From an uncultured Planctomycetia bacterium (GTDB lineage: Bacteria > Omnitrophota > Gorgyraeia > Tantalellales > Tantalellaceae), in assembly GCA_964527765.1 (NCBI GenBank), contig CAZGQR010000007.1, forward strand, positions 38,100-100,295: 62,196 nucleotides of DNA, in the 5' to 3' direction. The notes beneath the pieces were generated by a model, which saw nothing but the letters and a program-made list of their open reading frames with translations, searched no databases and was not told the DNA's origin. Positions 18,720 to 29,100 of the stretch are shown here, in pieces. Position numbers and translations under genes: made by a program. Numbering within the stretch: position 1 is the stretch's first letter; each line of letters starts with the position of its first letter.

Positions 18720-20082
18720 ATGAATATCATTATTGTCGGCGCCGGGAATATCGGGTTCAACCTGGCAGAATATTTTTCGGTCATCGGCCATCACATTACG
18801 GTCGTGGACCAGGACAGGCTGCTCTGCGAACAGGTCAACAGCAAGCTCGACGTCTTCGTGGTCCCGGGCATAGGTTCAAGTCCCGCCGCTCTGGCGGAAG
18901 CGGGCATTGACTCCGCGGACATGCTTATCGCCGTGACCCCCAACGATGAGACCAACCTGCTGGCCTGTAATTTTGCCATGCAAAACGGCGTCAAGAAAAG
19001 GATCGCCAGGATCAAATCGCCCATCTACACGGCCAATACCCCCAACGTCAGCCTGGAAAAGACAGGTGCTACCAGCGTGGTCGAGCCCGAAAGGGGGGGT
19101 GGTCGAAAGGATCCTTCAGTACGTGGAACTGCCCAATGTGATGGAAACCGCCAATTTCCAGTCGAACCAGATCTATCTCCGCGGCTACAGGATAACCGAA
19201 GACATGCCGATCGCCAATAAAACCCTGATGGAAATAAAGATAATGGCCGAGACAAATCCGATCCTTTTCGTGGTGATCGTCCGCGGGGGAAGGAACATTC
19301 CTCCCGCCGGCGACCAGGTCCTCCTGCCCGGAGACAAGATCGTGGCTATTATGCCGAGGGAATCCTTTGCGACGTTCCGCGCCCTTATTAACAGCAAGGC
19401 CGTTAAAATGAACAAGATCGTCGTATCCGGCAATACTCTGACGGCCATACACCTTGCCGATGCCCTGAAACCGCTGGCCGAGAAAGTTGTCCTGGCAGAC
19501 CCCGATCACGATCACGGCCACATGGCCGCATCGATCCTGGAGGGGGTCGACGTGCTTTACGGCGACAGTACGGACGCCGGCGTCCTGGATGAGATCAACG
19601 TCAAAGACGCCGACTGTTTCATCGCCGCGGGGGACCAGGAAGACAATATCATGTCATGCCTTATGGCCAAAGCCGAAGGCGCCCGCATGGTCATAGCCAT
19701 AAGGGAAGACGACCGCTACAGCAGCCTGTTCGATTCCATCGGGCTGGATCATGTCATCAACACGCGCGAGATCACCCTGAACGCCATAATCGAGAGGATA
19801 CAGACGGTTTCCATAGGCACTTATCTGAAACTGAAATCCACCGATACGGATGTCATACGCCTCAAGGCGGGAAAACACAGTTCCGTCGCGGGCAAGCCCC
19901 TCAAAGAGCTTGAAAAATATTTCAGGAGATCGGTCATTATCGGCTGCATCATCCGCGAAGGGAACGTGATCATTCCCTGGGGCGGGACGGTCATCGAAAA
20001 AGGCGACGAAGCTATTATCTTTTGCAAAAAGGAACAACTTAAATCGGTCAATAAACTTTTCAATCCTCCCGTAAACGAATGA
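18720..20082 (+). pseudogene. trkA: Trk potassium uptake NAD-binding protein TrkA, reading frame broken in a G7 run (19093-19099)
   Basis: MNIIIVGAGNIG Rossmann start in frame 0 (track 18675..19220). The rest of TrkA (second KTN domain VVSGNTLTA..., RCK_C) is in frame +1 (track 18946..20082). Removing one G gives ...SVVEPERGVVERILQYVELPN... Confidence 0.8.
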
Positions 20083-21683
20083 ACCCTAAATTCATAACCT
20101 ATTCAGTCGGTAAACTGCTGGAGATCCTGGCGCTGATCCTGCTTATCCCGGCGGGAATAGCTTTTTTCGAGATCCAGCCGAGAATATTCCCGGACGTCTT
20201 TTTTGATCATAGATTGCTGGGATTCATTATCGCAATAATAAGTTCCCTGATCTGCGGAAATCTTCTTAAAATGATAGGCAGCAGGGAACTGATCGGTAAC
20301 GGCATACGCGACGGGTTCGCCATCGTGACCTTCGGCTGGATCATTTTAACGCTGTTCGGCTCTGCGCCTCTTGTGGTTTACTTCCTGTCAAAAGCGCCCC
20401 AGCTGAACTTCGACATCTTCACGCGGGCGTTCACCGACTCGTATTTTGAGATCATGAGCGGCTTCACGACGACCGGAGCGACCATCTTTAAAAACGTCGA
20501 GATACTGCCCCGGGGGATCCTTTTCTGGAGGAGCCTGACACACTGGCTCGGGGGCATGGGGATCATCACTCTCGCCCTGGCCATATTGCCGGTTTTCGGC
20601 ATCGCCAGTTACCAGATGTTCAGGGGCGAGGTACCCGGACCGACCGCGGAACGTCTCCGGCCGCGCGTTGCCCAGACCGCCAAGATACTCTGGGGGGCAT
20701 ACGCGGTCCTGACCCTGGCCGAGGTCATTCTTTTGAAATTCGGCGGCATGTCGGTTTTTGACTCGTTCTGCCACGCTTTCGGCACGATGGCGACCGGCGG
20801 CTTTTCCACAAAGAACGGCTCCATCGGTTCCTACAACTCCGACTACATAGACTGGGTGGTGATAATCTTCATGTTCTTCGCCGGCATGAATTTCGTCATC
20901 CATTACCGGGTGCTCTTTTTCCGAAAGCTTGACCTCATAAAAAATAACAGGGAGTTCCATTTCTACGCGGGCGTCCTTATCACGGCGATCTTGCTCGGAG
21001 CGATCGTCCTGAAGGTGGGGGGCATCGCCCCGGCGGAACAGATAAGGACGAGTTTCCGGAGCGAGCCATTGTCCGGGCAAGAGCTCGTTGAAAAAATAGA
21101 CACCGAGCAGGCGAAGGTGCACACCCCTTACGGTATCCTCAGGTACGTGACCTTCCAGGTGGTGTCCATAACCACGACCACGGGCTACTCCACGGCCGAT
21201 TCCGACATCTGGCCGAACTTCATCCGTTTCATGCTTGTGGTCCTCATGTTCTTCGGGGGATGCGCCGGCTCGACCGGCGGGGGCATAAAGATGATAAGGA
21301 TAATGGTGTTCCTGAAAACGGCGGCGCGCGAGATAAAGACCATCATCCAGCCCAGGATAATCGCTCCCATAAAGATCGCCGGAAAAGCGCTGGAGGAAAA
21401 GCAGGTGCTCAATATCCTGGGTTTTATAGCCCTTTTCCTGGGGTGTTTTGTCGTCTTCTCCGCGGCGATGAGCTATTTTATAAAGGATTTCACGACCGCG
21501 GTCGTATCCGTGGTAGCGACGATGTGCAATATCGGCCCCGGTCTTTCGGGCGTCGGGGCGGCGGAAAACTACGCCTGGATCCCGCTGCCCGGAAAATGGG
21601 TCCTGGTCGCCTGCATGCTCCTGGGCAGGCTGGAAATATATACGGTGCTTATAGCTTTTTCGCCGATCTCGTGGAAGAAATAG
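20079..21683 (+). CDS. trkH: TrkH-family potassium uptake membrane protein
   Basis: ATGA overlap with trkA. Selectivity-filter-type motifs MSGFTTTGATIF, TMATGGFST, ITTTTGYST and CAGSTGGGIKMIRI. Confidence 0.9.
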   Translation: MNPKFITYSVGKLLEILALILLIPAGIAFFEIQPRIFPDVFFDHRLLGFIIAIISSLICGNLLKMIGSRELIGNGIRDGFAIVTFGWIILTLFGSAPLVVYFLSKAPQLNFDIFTRAFTDSYFEIMSGFTTTGATIFKNVEILPRGILFWRSLTHWLGGMGIITLALAILPVFGIASYQMFRGEVPGPTAERLRPRVAQTAKILWGAYAVLTLAEVILLKFGGMSVFDSFCHAFGTMATGGFSTKNGSIGSYNSDYIDWVVIIFMFFAGMNFVIHYRVLFFRKLDLIKNNREFHFYAGVLITAILLGAIVLKVGGIAPAEQIRTSFRSEPLSGQELVEKIDTEQAKVHTPYGILRYVTFQVVSITTTTGYSTADSDIWPNFIRFMLVVLMFFGGCAGSTGGGIKMIRIMVFLKTAAREIKTIIQPRIIAPIKIAGKALEEKQVLNILGFIALFLGCFVVFSAAMSYFIKDFTTAVVSVVATMCNIGPGLSGVGAAENYAWIPLPGKWVLVACMLLGRLEIYTVLIAFSPISWKK

Positions 21684-21720
21684 GGCGGGCCGGAGGAAAC
21701 GCTTCTGAAAGGAGTGAAAG

Positions 21721-22863
21721 ATGTTCACGAAAAAATACAATAATTTCCAGCGGGAAGTGAAAAAACATATCGGCGGTCTCAAAAAGGAAAAGAAGATAAA
21801 CGAGTCCGAATTCGACGCCTTCGTCAAAAAGATACTGTCGAACAGAAAGCTGGATGTAGGCGGCAAGATCTACTGCCGCGACGGGTTCGCCTACGTCCAC
21901 AAGATAGACCAGCGCACTTACCAGATCCTGTGTTTTCAGATCAATTCCTTCGGCGCCGGGATCTTCGGCGATTCGATGGTGAAGCTCTGCACTCCGGTCA
22001 TGCTGACGGTCACGGCTCACGGGACTCACCGCCACCTGCAGCACGACCTGAAAGACACCTGTATTTCCGTCGATGAGCTCTATTTGGGGAAGCATTATTC
22101 GGGGAGTAAAGGCCCCCTGTGCGACAGGGACAAGTTCAATTCGCACGCGAAAACGCTGTTCCTTTCAAAAAACAATGTTTACTCCTTCAACCACCATATC
22201 ATCTACCAGCTGATGAACGCCAATTATCTCTGCCACCATATCGCTGAAGTGATGGGTTACGCCTTCGGAGCCCTTGACATGTACTGGACACGCAACAGAA
22301 ATCTCTTTCTTCTGGCGTCAGGATCGTGGTTCAACGAAAAAAGAGACAAGCTTTATATGAATATTATCGAGAACTTCTCGGGCGAGAAGATGAGCAGTCA
22401 CTTCCAGATCCCTCATTACGCCAAACTTGCCGAGGACGTCGAGAAGTTCAAGGAAGAGTTCGACAACCTGCTTTGCTCAATAAGCTACAGAAAGAACATG
22501 GAGACCTTCTATCTGCCCATAGGATACCAGGTGATCCGGAAGAAAAGGTTCAATAAGAACATCAACGTGATCACGAGCCAGCATATCCTTGAGCATGTTC
22601 TGACCAATTATTACAAGCGCAGAAATTCATTTGTCGTCGCGAACACGTTCCAGACGCTTGAATATCTGTCAAGGGCGCTGATCGCCAAAGTGGAAGGCAA
22701 GGAAGAGGCGTTCTCAAAATTCATGAAGACCGTCACCTCGTGCATAGGTTACTATCCGGAGCGGGATTTCGGAGAGTTTTACAAGAAAAAGGAAACCAAA
22801 TACCCCGTCTTTAAAAGCGAATATCACCACACAATGTTCTTCAGGGCGCCGGTGTTAAGATGA
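21721..22863 (+). CDS. cytoplasmic hypothetical protein, His/Cys-containing, no family recognised
   Basis: 380-aa ORF with RBS AAAGGAGTG. No hydrophobic segments. Confidence 0.6.
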   Translation: MFTKKYNNFQREVKKHIGGLKKEKKINESEFDAFVKKILSNRKLDVGGKIYCRDGFAYVHKIDQRTYQILCFQINSFGAGIFGDSMVKLCTPVMLTVTAHGTHRHLQHDLKDTCISVDELYLGKHYSGSKGPLCDRDKFNSHAKTLFLSKNNVYSFNHHIIYQLMNANYLCHHIAEVMGYAFGALDMYWTRNRNLFLLASGSWFNEKRDKLYMNIIENFSGEKMSSHFQIPHYAKLAEDVEKFKEEFDNLLCSISYRKNMETFYLPIGYQVIRKKRFNKNINVITSQHILEHVLTNYYKRRNSFVVANTFQTLEYLSRALIAKVEGKEEAFSKFMKTVTSCIGYYPERDFGEFYKKKETKYPVFKSEYHHTMFFRAPVLR

Positions 22864-23294
22864 CGAAGCAAGCAGGGAATATTTTTACCTCTTTCCGCAA
22901 GGCGTTCAGGGTGTTCGGCCAGATGCTCCCCGTATTGCTCGGGGTCATTCTGCTTCTGGGGCTTTTGCCCGCATTCGTGTCGAAAAAGATGATCTCCGCC
23001 GTGTTTACGGGAAGGGCATTGCAGGATACCGTGGTGGGGGCGGCTATCGGCAGCGTTGCGGCCGGGAACCCCATTACCAGCTATATCATAGGGGGAGAGC
23101 TTTTAAAGGAAGGCACGAGCTTATTCGCCGTCACGGCGTTCATAGTGGCGTGGGTCACGGTCGGCGTGGTCCAGCTTCCCGCCGAGATATCCGTTTTCGG
23201 GAAACGCTTCGCCGTCATCAGGAACTCCCTGAGCTTTATTCTGGCCATTCTGGTCGCGGCGGCGACGGTAACAACCCTGGCGGTGCTTCCATGA
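22860..23294 (+). CDS. permease half (DUF318/ArsP-like two-component membrane permease)
   Basis: ATGA overlaps on both sides. Four TM segments, with GNPITSYIIGGELL. Confidence 0.6.
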   Translation: MTKQAGNIFTSFRKAFRVFGQMLPVLLGVILLLGLLPAFVSKKMISAVFTGRALQDTVVGAAIGSVAAGNPITSYIIGGELLKEGTSLFAVTAFIVAWVTVGVVQLPAEISVFGKRFAVIRNSLSFILAILVAAATVTTLAVLP

Positions 23295-23803
23295 AAAACA
23301 GGTCCGGTTTTTATTTTCTGGGCTCTGTTACCGTCCTGTATCTCGCGCTCTGGGCGTCGAGCCCGGGAAAAACCTGCGATGCCCTCAAGGCCAGCGGGGC
23401 CATATTCATCCGCATAATTCCCGTACTGTTTTTTGTCCTTCTCCTGATGGGCCTGATCGATTACTTTTTCAGTCCGGAATCCATATCGCGGTACCTGGGC
23501 GAAAGATCCGGGATCAGGGGCTGGCTTCTGGCCATATCGGCAGGGGTCCTCAGTCACGGCCCCATATACGCGTGGTATCCCATGCTGAAGGACCTCCGCG
23601 ACAAAGGCATGAAAACCGGCCTGGTCGCGGTGTTCCTTTACAACAGGGCCATTAAGATCCCGCTGCTGCCGGTGTTGATCTACTATTTCGGCGTGGCATT
23701 CGCGGCGGTTTTGCTGGTCTACATGATCGCGGCCTCTGTTATTGAGGGAAAGATCATCGAGATCACGGAAAAAAGAGGAGAACAAACCTCGTTGTCCATT
23801 TGA
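23291..23803 (+). CDS. permease half (DUF318/ArsP-like)
   Basis: ATG 23291 overlaps the upstream stop. Polytopic; contains LSHGPIYAWYPML. Confidence 0.6.
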   Translation: MKNRSGFYFLGSVTVLYLALWASSPGKTCDALKASGAIFIRIIPVLFFVLLLMGLIDYFFSPESISRYLGERSGIRGWLLAISAGVLSHGPIYAWYPMLKDLRDKGMKTGLVAVFLYNRAIKIPLLPVLIYYFGVAFAAVLLVYMIAASVIEGKIIEITEKRGEQTSLSI

Positions 23804-23904
23804 CAATAGAGCCAGAATGTCGTAGCATAGTAAAACCATCCACGGAGACTGTTCGGCCGGAAAGGCCATAAAAGTTGAAAGCCACGAGATAAACAAGGAG
23901 AACC

Positions 23905-25251
23905 ATGCAGATAAAAACGGACGTACTGGTAGTCGGAGGCGGCCCCGCGGGCATAGTAGGCGCGGTCACCGCGAAAAAATACTACCCCGACAAGAAGATC
24001 ACGGTAATGAAGAAAACCAAAGAGGGGGTGATCCCCTGCGGCATTCCCTACATGTTCAGCAGCTTAAAGGACCCCGATGAGAACAGGCTGGGAACGGCCC
24101 CCCTGGAGAAGAACAATATCGAGACGGTCGTGGACAAAGCCGTAAAGATAAACCGCGGCAGCAAGGCAATAGAAACGGCATCCGGCGACCTGTTCAAGTA
24201 CGAGAAACTGATCATGGCCCACGGTTCCTCGCCCATCATCCCGCCCATACCCGGCATCGACAAAAAAGGCGTCTATCCCATCCACAAGGACATGCAGTAT
24301 CTCAAAGACGCCATAAAACAGATCAAGAAGGCAAAAAATGTCCTGATAATCGGCGGGGGTTTCATAGGAATAGAGTTCGCCGACGAGATCTCCAAAATAA
24401 AAGGGATCAACGTCCACCTGGTGGAGATGCTTCCGCACCTTCTGGCAAACTCCTTCGACCGGGAATTCTCAGATATCGCAAAGTCGAAACTGGACGCGGA
24501 GAACGTCCGGATAACGACCGGCACCAGCGTGAAAGAGTTGCTGGGCGACGAACGGGTGCAAAAAGCGCGCCTTTCCGACAAAAGGGAGATACCCGTGGAC
24601 GCCGTCATCCTCGGCGTCGGGGCGACGCCCAACACCGCTTTAAGCGCCGACGCGGAGCTGGACCTGGGCAAGGGGAAGGGAATATGGGTGGATGAATACA
24701 TGCGCACGATCGATCCCGATATATTCGCCATAGGCGACTGCGCCGGGAAAAGGGATTTTTATACCCGGAAGGACGCGCCGGTCATGCTCGCTTCGATAGC
24801 CACCGCCGAAGCCAGGATCGCCGGCGCCAATCTCTACCAGCTGAAAGTGATCCGCGAAAACAAGGGGACCATCGCCATTTATTCCACTTATGTCGACGGG
24901 GCGGTGCTGGGCTCAGCGGGACTCACGGAATCCAGCGCCAAAAGGGAGGGTTTCGAGATCGTGACCGGCAACGCCGAGGGAATAGACAAACATCCATCCG
25001 CTTTGCCCGGCGCGAGCAACGTCAAAATAAAACTGATCTTCTCGAAACAGTCGGGGATCATACTGGGCGGGCAGGTGGCCGGGGGCTTCGGCTGCGGAGA
25101 GCTGATAAACCTCATAGGGGTCGCCATACAGAAGAGGATGTCCGCGACCGAGCTTGAGACATTACAGATGGCCACGCACCCTTACCTGACGTGCGCACCG
25201 ACCGTTTATCCCGTCGTTCTGGCCGCCCAGGACGCCTCGGGAAAGATGTGA
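23905..25251 (+). CDS. FAD-dependent pyridine nucleotide-disulfide oxidoreductase (NADH oxidase/CoA-disulfide reductase-like)
   Basis: DVLVVGGGPAGIVGA, second Rossmann motif VLIIGGGFIGIEFA, and AIGDCAG. Confidence 0.85.
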   Translation: MQIKTDVLVVGGGPAGIVGAVTAKKYYPDKKITVMKKTKEGVIPCGIPYMFSSLKDPDENRLGTAPLEKNNIETVVDKAVKINRGSKAIETASGDLFKYEKLIMAHGSSPIIPPIPGIDKKGVYPIHKDMQYLKDAIKQIKKAKNVLIIGGGFIGIEFADEISKIKGINVHLVEMLPHLLANSFDREFSDIAKSKLDAENVRITTGTSVKELLGDERVQKARLSDKREIPVDAVILGVGATPNTALSADAELDLGKGKGIWVDEYMRTIDPDIFAIGDCAGKRDFYTRKDAPVMLASIATAEARIAGANLYQLKVIRENKGTIAIYSTYVDGAVLGSAGLTESSAKREGFEIVTGNAEGIDKHPSALPGASNVKIKLIFSKQSGIILGGQVAGGFGCGELINLIGVAIQKRMSATELETLQMATHPYLTCAPTVYPVVLAAQDASGKM

Positions 25252-25286
25252 TCCCTGTCATACTTTAAATCACAGGAGGTGTAAAA

Positions 25287-25640
25287 ATGCCCTGGGTTGA
25301 TGCGAATAAATGTACCGGTTGCGGGATCTGCGTCGAGAAATGCCCGGTAGACGCCATAACAATGGAAGACGAGAAGGCGAAGATAAACATGGACGAATGC
25401 ATTCGCTGCGGCATCTGCCATGATATCTGCCCGCAGGAAGCGGTACGGCACGACAGCGAGAAAACCCCCGAGAACGTAAAAGCCAACGTGGAAATGACGA
25501 AACGGCTCATGGAGGCCAACGCGAAGCACCTCGGCGATGTCAAAGAAAAAAAGAAATGCCTGGAAAGGATGAAAAAACATTTTAACAGGCAAAAACTTAT
25601 CGCGGAAAAGACCCTGGAAGAGCTTGAAAAATTGAAATAG
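25287..25640 (+). CDS. 4Fe-4S dicluster domain protein
   Basis: CTGCGICVEKCP and CIRCGICHDICP. Confidence 0.8.
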   Translation: MPWVDANKCTGCGICVEKCPVDAITMEDEKAKINMDECIRCGICHDICPQEAVRHDSEKTPENVKANVEMTKRLMEANAKHLGDVKEKKKCLERMKKHFNRQKLIAEKTLEELEKLK

Positions 25641-25648
25641 GGGAAAAG

Positions 25649-25858
25649 ATGCCTATCTATACCTACGTTTGCAAGGACTGCGGCGAACAATTCGATCTGC
25701 TGGTCGGAGTGACTTCGAAAAAAGCGGAACTCAAATGCAAGAAGTGCAGCAGCAGGAACATCCAAAAGATAATAGGGTCGTTCAGCATAGGCAGCTCCAA
25801 CGATAAAAGCGGTCTGGGTCCGAGCTGTCCGACCGGAACCTGCCCCACGGGTCTTTAA
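25649..25858 (+). CDS. FmdB-family zinc-ribbon protein
   Basis: MPIYTYVCKDCGEQF...CKKCSS, with a Gly/Cys/Pro-rich tail. Confidence 0.8.
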   Translation: MPIYTYVCKDCGEQFDLLVGVTSKKAELKCKKCSSRNIQKIIGSFSIGSSNDKSGLGPSCPTGTCPTGL

Positions 25859-25860
25859 GA

Positions 25861-25986
25861 TCAAAGCCTATCCTTCGTTTCGGCTTGTCCTGCCGTGGCT
25901 CCATCCATTAGCTTCTTAATGACTTTAAAGACAATCCGGAGCTGACCTTTTTTACCGAAATTCTTCCATTTTTTGAAGGGTGCCAT
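25861..25986 (-). CDS. possible small basic protein (41 aa)
   Basis: Minus-strand ATG preceded by AAGGAAG. Encodes MAPFKKWKNFGKKGQLRIVFKVIKKLMDGATAGQAETKDRL. Below the track cutoff and weakly supported. Confidence 0.25.
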   Translation of the reverse strand: MAPFKKWKNFGKKGQLRIVFKVIKKLMDGATAGQAETKDRL

Positions 25987-26008
25987 CAAAAAACTTCCTT
26001 GATTTTTG

Positions 26009-26038
26009 TTGACCTAACTAGCCCTTTTATGCTATAAT
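26009..26038 (+). promoter_or_regulatory. sigma70-type promoter with extended -10 for giant ORF 1
   Basis: TTGACC (26009-26014), 18-nt spacer, then TGcTATAAT (26030-26038). The core TGTTGACCTAAC...ATGCTATAATA is nearly identical to 46364-46396. Confidence 0.6.
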
Positions 26039-26143
26039 ACTCCGACTTTTTGTAATATTAATCAAAAATTAGCGGCTAAATATGTTCATATAACTATAAG
26101 AGCTGTTATATCTTAACAAATTTAGGCCGCAAAATAACTATTT

Positions 26144-29100
26144 ATGCGCCAAAATTATATTAAACATAGACTGTGGTTCAGGGTCGTAGCGTTAAGCATG
26201 GTCTGTCTTTTTATGCTTAATGATATTTCCTTCGCGGCCCCGGCCGGCATGGGACAAAAACCTCACCATGCGCTTTGTCCCGCCTCAAGATTCAACCCCA
26301 CGTCCGAAATATTCCGGGAAGACGCGGGAGGCCTCTACATAAGCTGCCTTATCGGCCGGGTCCTGCACCGTTACGGCAGCGGTATCAGCGCGAACGGCCT
26401 GAAAAGATTCATAGAAAAACACATTTCCCACATAGGCGATACTGACTTTAAATGGAGGGAGCTGTACAAGGAGGGGGCCACTTTCTGCGTCCCGTTCAGA
26501 AGAAAAGGCGGCGGCAAGAGCCGGACATTCCGTTATTACCTGCCCGGGGACAGGCCCGCGGAGGCGCTCGGTAAGGTCTCGGTACCCGTCGGAGAGGGAA
26601 GCGCGCGGGTCATCTTTGAAGGACAGGAAAAGATCGCGGCGCTGAAAAAAGAACTGGATGAACAGGAAACAAGATTCCCCCTCAGCAGCGGCACCGAAAA
26701 GATCTACACGATCGTCGGAGAGGTCGTGAAAGAGATGCTGGGCGAGAAATTCAAGGGCACCTACTGGGCCGCGGGGTGCGACGTAGGGCCCTGCGGGCAG
26801 ATCGGCGGGAACTGGAATTTCGTTTCGCTGAGCTACGACGAAAGCGCGGACAGCGGTTCCTTCCTGGCGGTTCTTGACAATGCCGACGAGGTAAAAAAGG
26901 CAGGTTACACTCCCGTCTCCTGGGACGTAACGAGCATGACCCTGCCGGAAAAGATCCCGCGCGGTTCCCAGGACGTGGCCCTTATCAAAACAACGGGTGT
27001 CTTGTGGCACGATGAAGATATCCGAAAGGGGCTCTGGCATCTGGCCACGGTATCCCTGAGGGACGGGGGCATCCTGATCGCGGATAAACCGCTGCCGGAA
27101 GAATACGAAAAACTTTACGAGCGGATAACGGACTGGGGAGGCATAAGCGGCTTCAGCGAGATCGCCACCGTAAAATTTCCCGACGGTTCAACTTTCGAAT
27201 ACATAAACGACAAGGTAAGGTTATACAAAAAGAAGAGCACCGCCTCTTTCCGGGGATGGAGAAAATTCTACAGGCGGCTCGCTTCGTACATAAAGGGCTT
27301 CGCGGCGGATATGCGCTGCAGGCTCCTCCAAAGCATCCTGCCTCAGCTGGCCCCCTCGGTCCCGATGTTCCTTCCCTTTTTTCCGGGGATCCCGGACTTC
27401 CTGAGCGCGAACGTGCTGAGCGGCGGCATGTTCCTGCTCGCCGGGGGATTGGAAAGAGAAGAGGAAGATAAGACCGGCGGCCCCGGAGATTCCCTGCAGA
27501 ACGGCCTTAATAAACTCACCGAACTCTCCGAATTATATGACGAGCTTCTTTTGGGGTTGAAAGACTTAAGGGCCGCCGCCGGCGACGCAGAGAAGATCTC
27601 CCCGATGTTAAAGAACCTGGACAGCGGGCTCAGCGGCGGGGTCATCAGCGACACCAAAAAACTCCTCTCTTTATTGAAAAAGCTGGAAAAATCGCAGGCA
27701 AAGAGCGCTGAAGACCTTCCTGCCGCGGCCATGATGGCCGTCCATGACATAACCGACGCGGCTTTGGGCTGCCGCTACTGCCTCCGGCAGATATCCTCGG
27801 AATTCAAAGGTGACCGGGCGAACCTGGGCAGGTATAACCGGATGATCTTCATGAAAGCGCTCCTGGTCAGGATCGAAAAAGCATGTGACGGCATCTTCAT
27901 GGGCGGGCGGATCGATGTGGATAAAACCTGGGTCAGTTTTGAGACAGAGACGGAACCGGATTCGGCTTTCCGGCGGAAAAAACCGGCGAAAGCGCCGAAA
28001 AGACCGCGGCCGGACAAAAAAAGGCGCCGGCGCGCCAAAAAAGAATACGAACTGCCGTCGGAACAGGTCCTGGCCGAGCTGCAGGATCTGGTCGGACAGG
28101 AAGACTATTCATCCGCCGAGGAGCTTCTTCTGGGAGAACTGGACTACGACCCCGAAAACGTGCATCTTCTGGCAGAACTGGCCCACCTTTATTACCAGAC
28201 GGATAATTTCCCCCAGGCAAAAGGGATCTGCGAGCAGGTCCTCGCAAGCGATCCGGATAATTTCCGTGCCCAGGACATCCTGCTGGAGATAAGCCTGACC
28301 GAATCAATGCCGGAAGAAGAGGAAGAGAAAGCGCCGGCGCTGCCCAAAACAGAAAAAGAGCCGATGCTGCCCAAACCAAGCGCGGAGATGAAAAGATTCG
28401 CCGAAAGGTATCCCGACAAGAATCCGCCGGAACTGCTGGAGATACTGGTGGCGGAAGAGAAGTGGAACCTGGCCGGCGAGCTTATAAACAGGATCAAAAG
28501 CGCGCAATACGCGGAAGGACTGGATATCGAAAGCCGGTACAGGATCGACGATCTGGAGAAAATAGTAGCGGAGGCGACGGAGGAGGAGGACCTGGAAAAA
28601 GGCAGATACAGATGGAGCACCCGAAGACAGGCGATAAAAAACATAAGATACGCCGTCGGCGCGAACCGGCCGGATATTATACAAAGATACGATAACATTG
28701 ATAGCCTCAGCCCTGCCCAGATAGAAGCATTAAGAATGGATATCTATAACATATCCTCGGGGCATTTCCGGCTCTGGGGCCTTAACAGTATTTTTGTTCA
28801 CCCGGATTATTTCGGAAGAAGCCACAGTACCGCTTTAATAGCCGCCTTCCCCGGGCTCGACCTTGATCCTCTGGGCTTTCAACTGGACCGGTCCAGCAGG
28901 GAGAAAGCCCTGGGATCGGCAAGATACGTCCTGAAAAGAGAAGCCCCTCACCTCGTGGACGCCTACGACAACCTGGAAAACCTCTCCGGCAGACAGAAAG
29001 AGGTCCAGATAGAAGCATTGAGAGAACAGGTATACCGGATAACCCATGCCCATTTCCAGGTCTGGGGGCTGAGAAGGATGCAATCGTCGGGAAAAAGAGA

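Noticed and set aside
18946-19090. Upstream part of track ORF 18946..20082 as an independent start of a second Trk gene
   Set aside because: The first roughly 48 codons are Pro/Arg/Ser-rich and overlap the genuine TrkA N-terminal domain in another frame. The ORF is better explained as the downstream part of a frameshifted trkA.
20388-21866. 492-aa minus-strand ORF antisense to trkH
   Set aside because: It fully overlaps a gene with unmistakable TrkH motifs. Its translation is Arg/Pro/Gly/His-rich low-complexity sequence, typical of a shadow ORF in GC-rich coding sequence, and it has no RBS.
23081-23896. 271-aa minus-strand ORF antisense to the two permease halves
   Set aside because: Shadow ORF. 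The plus-strand genes are translationally coupled (ATGA overlaps) and clearly polytopic.
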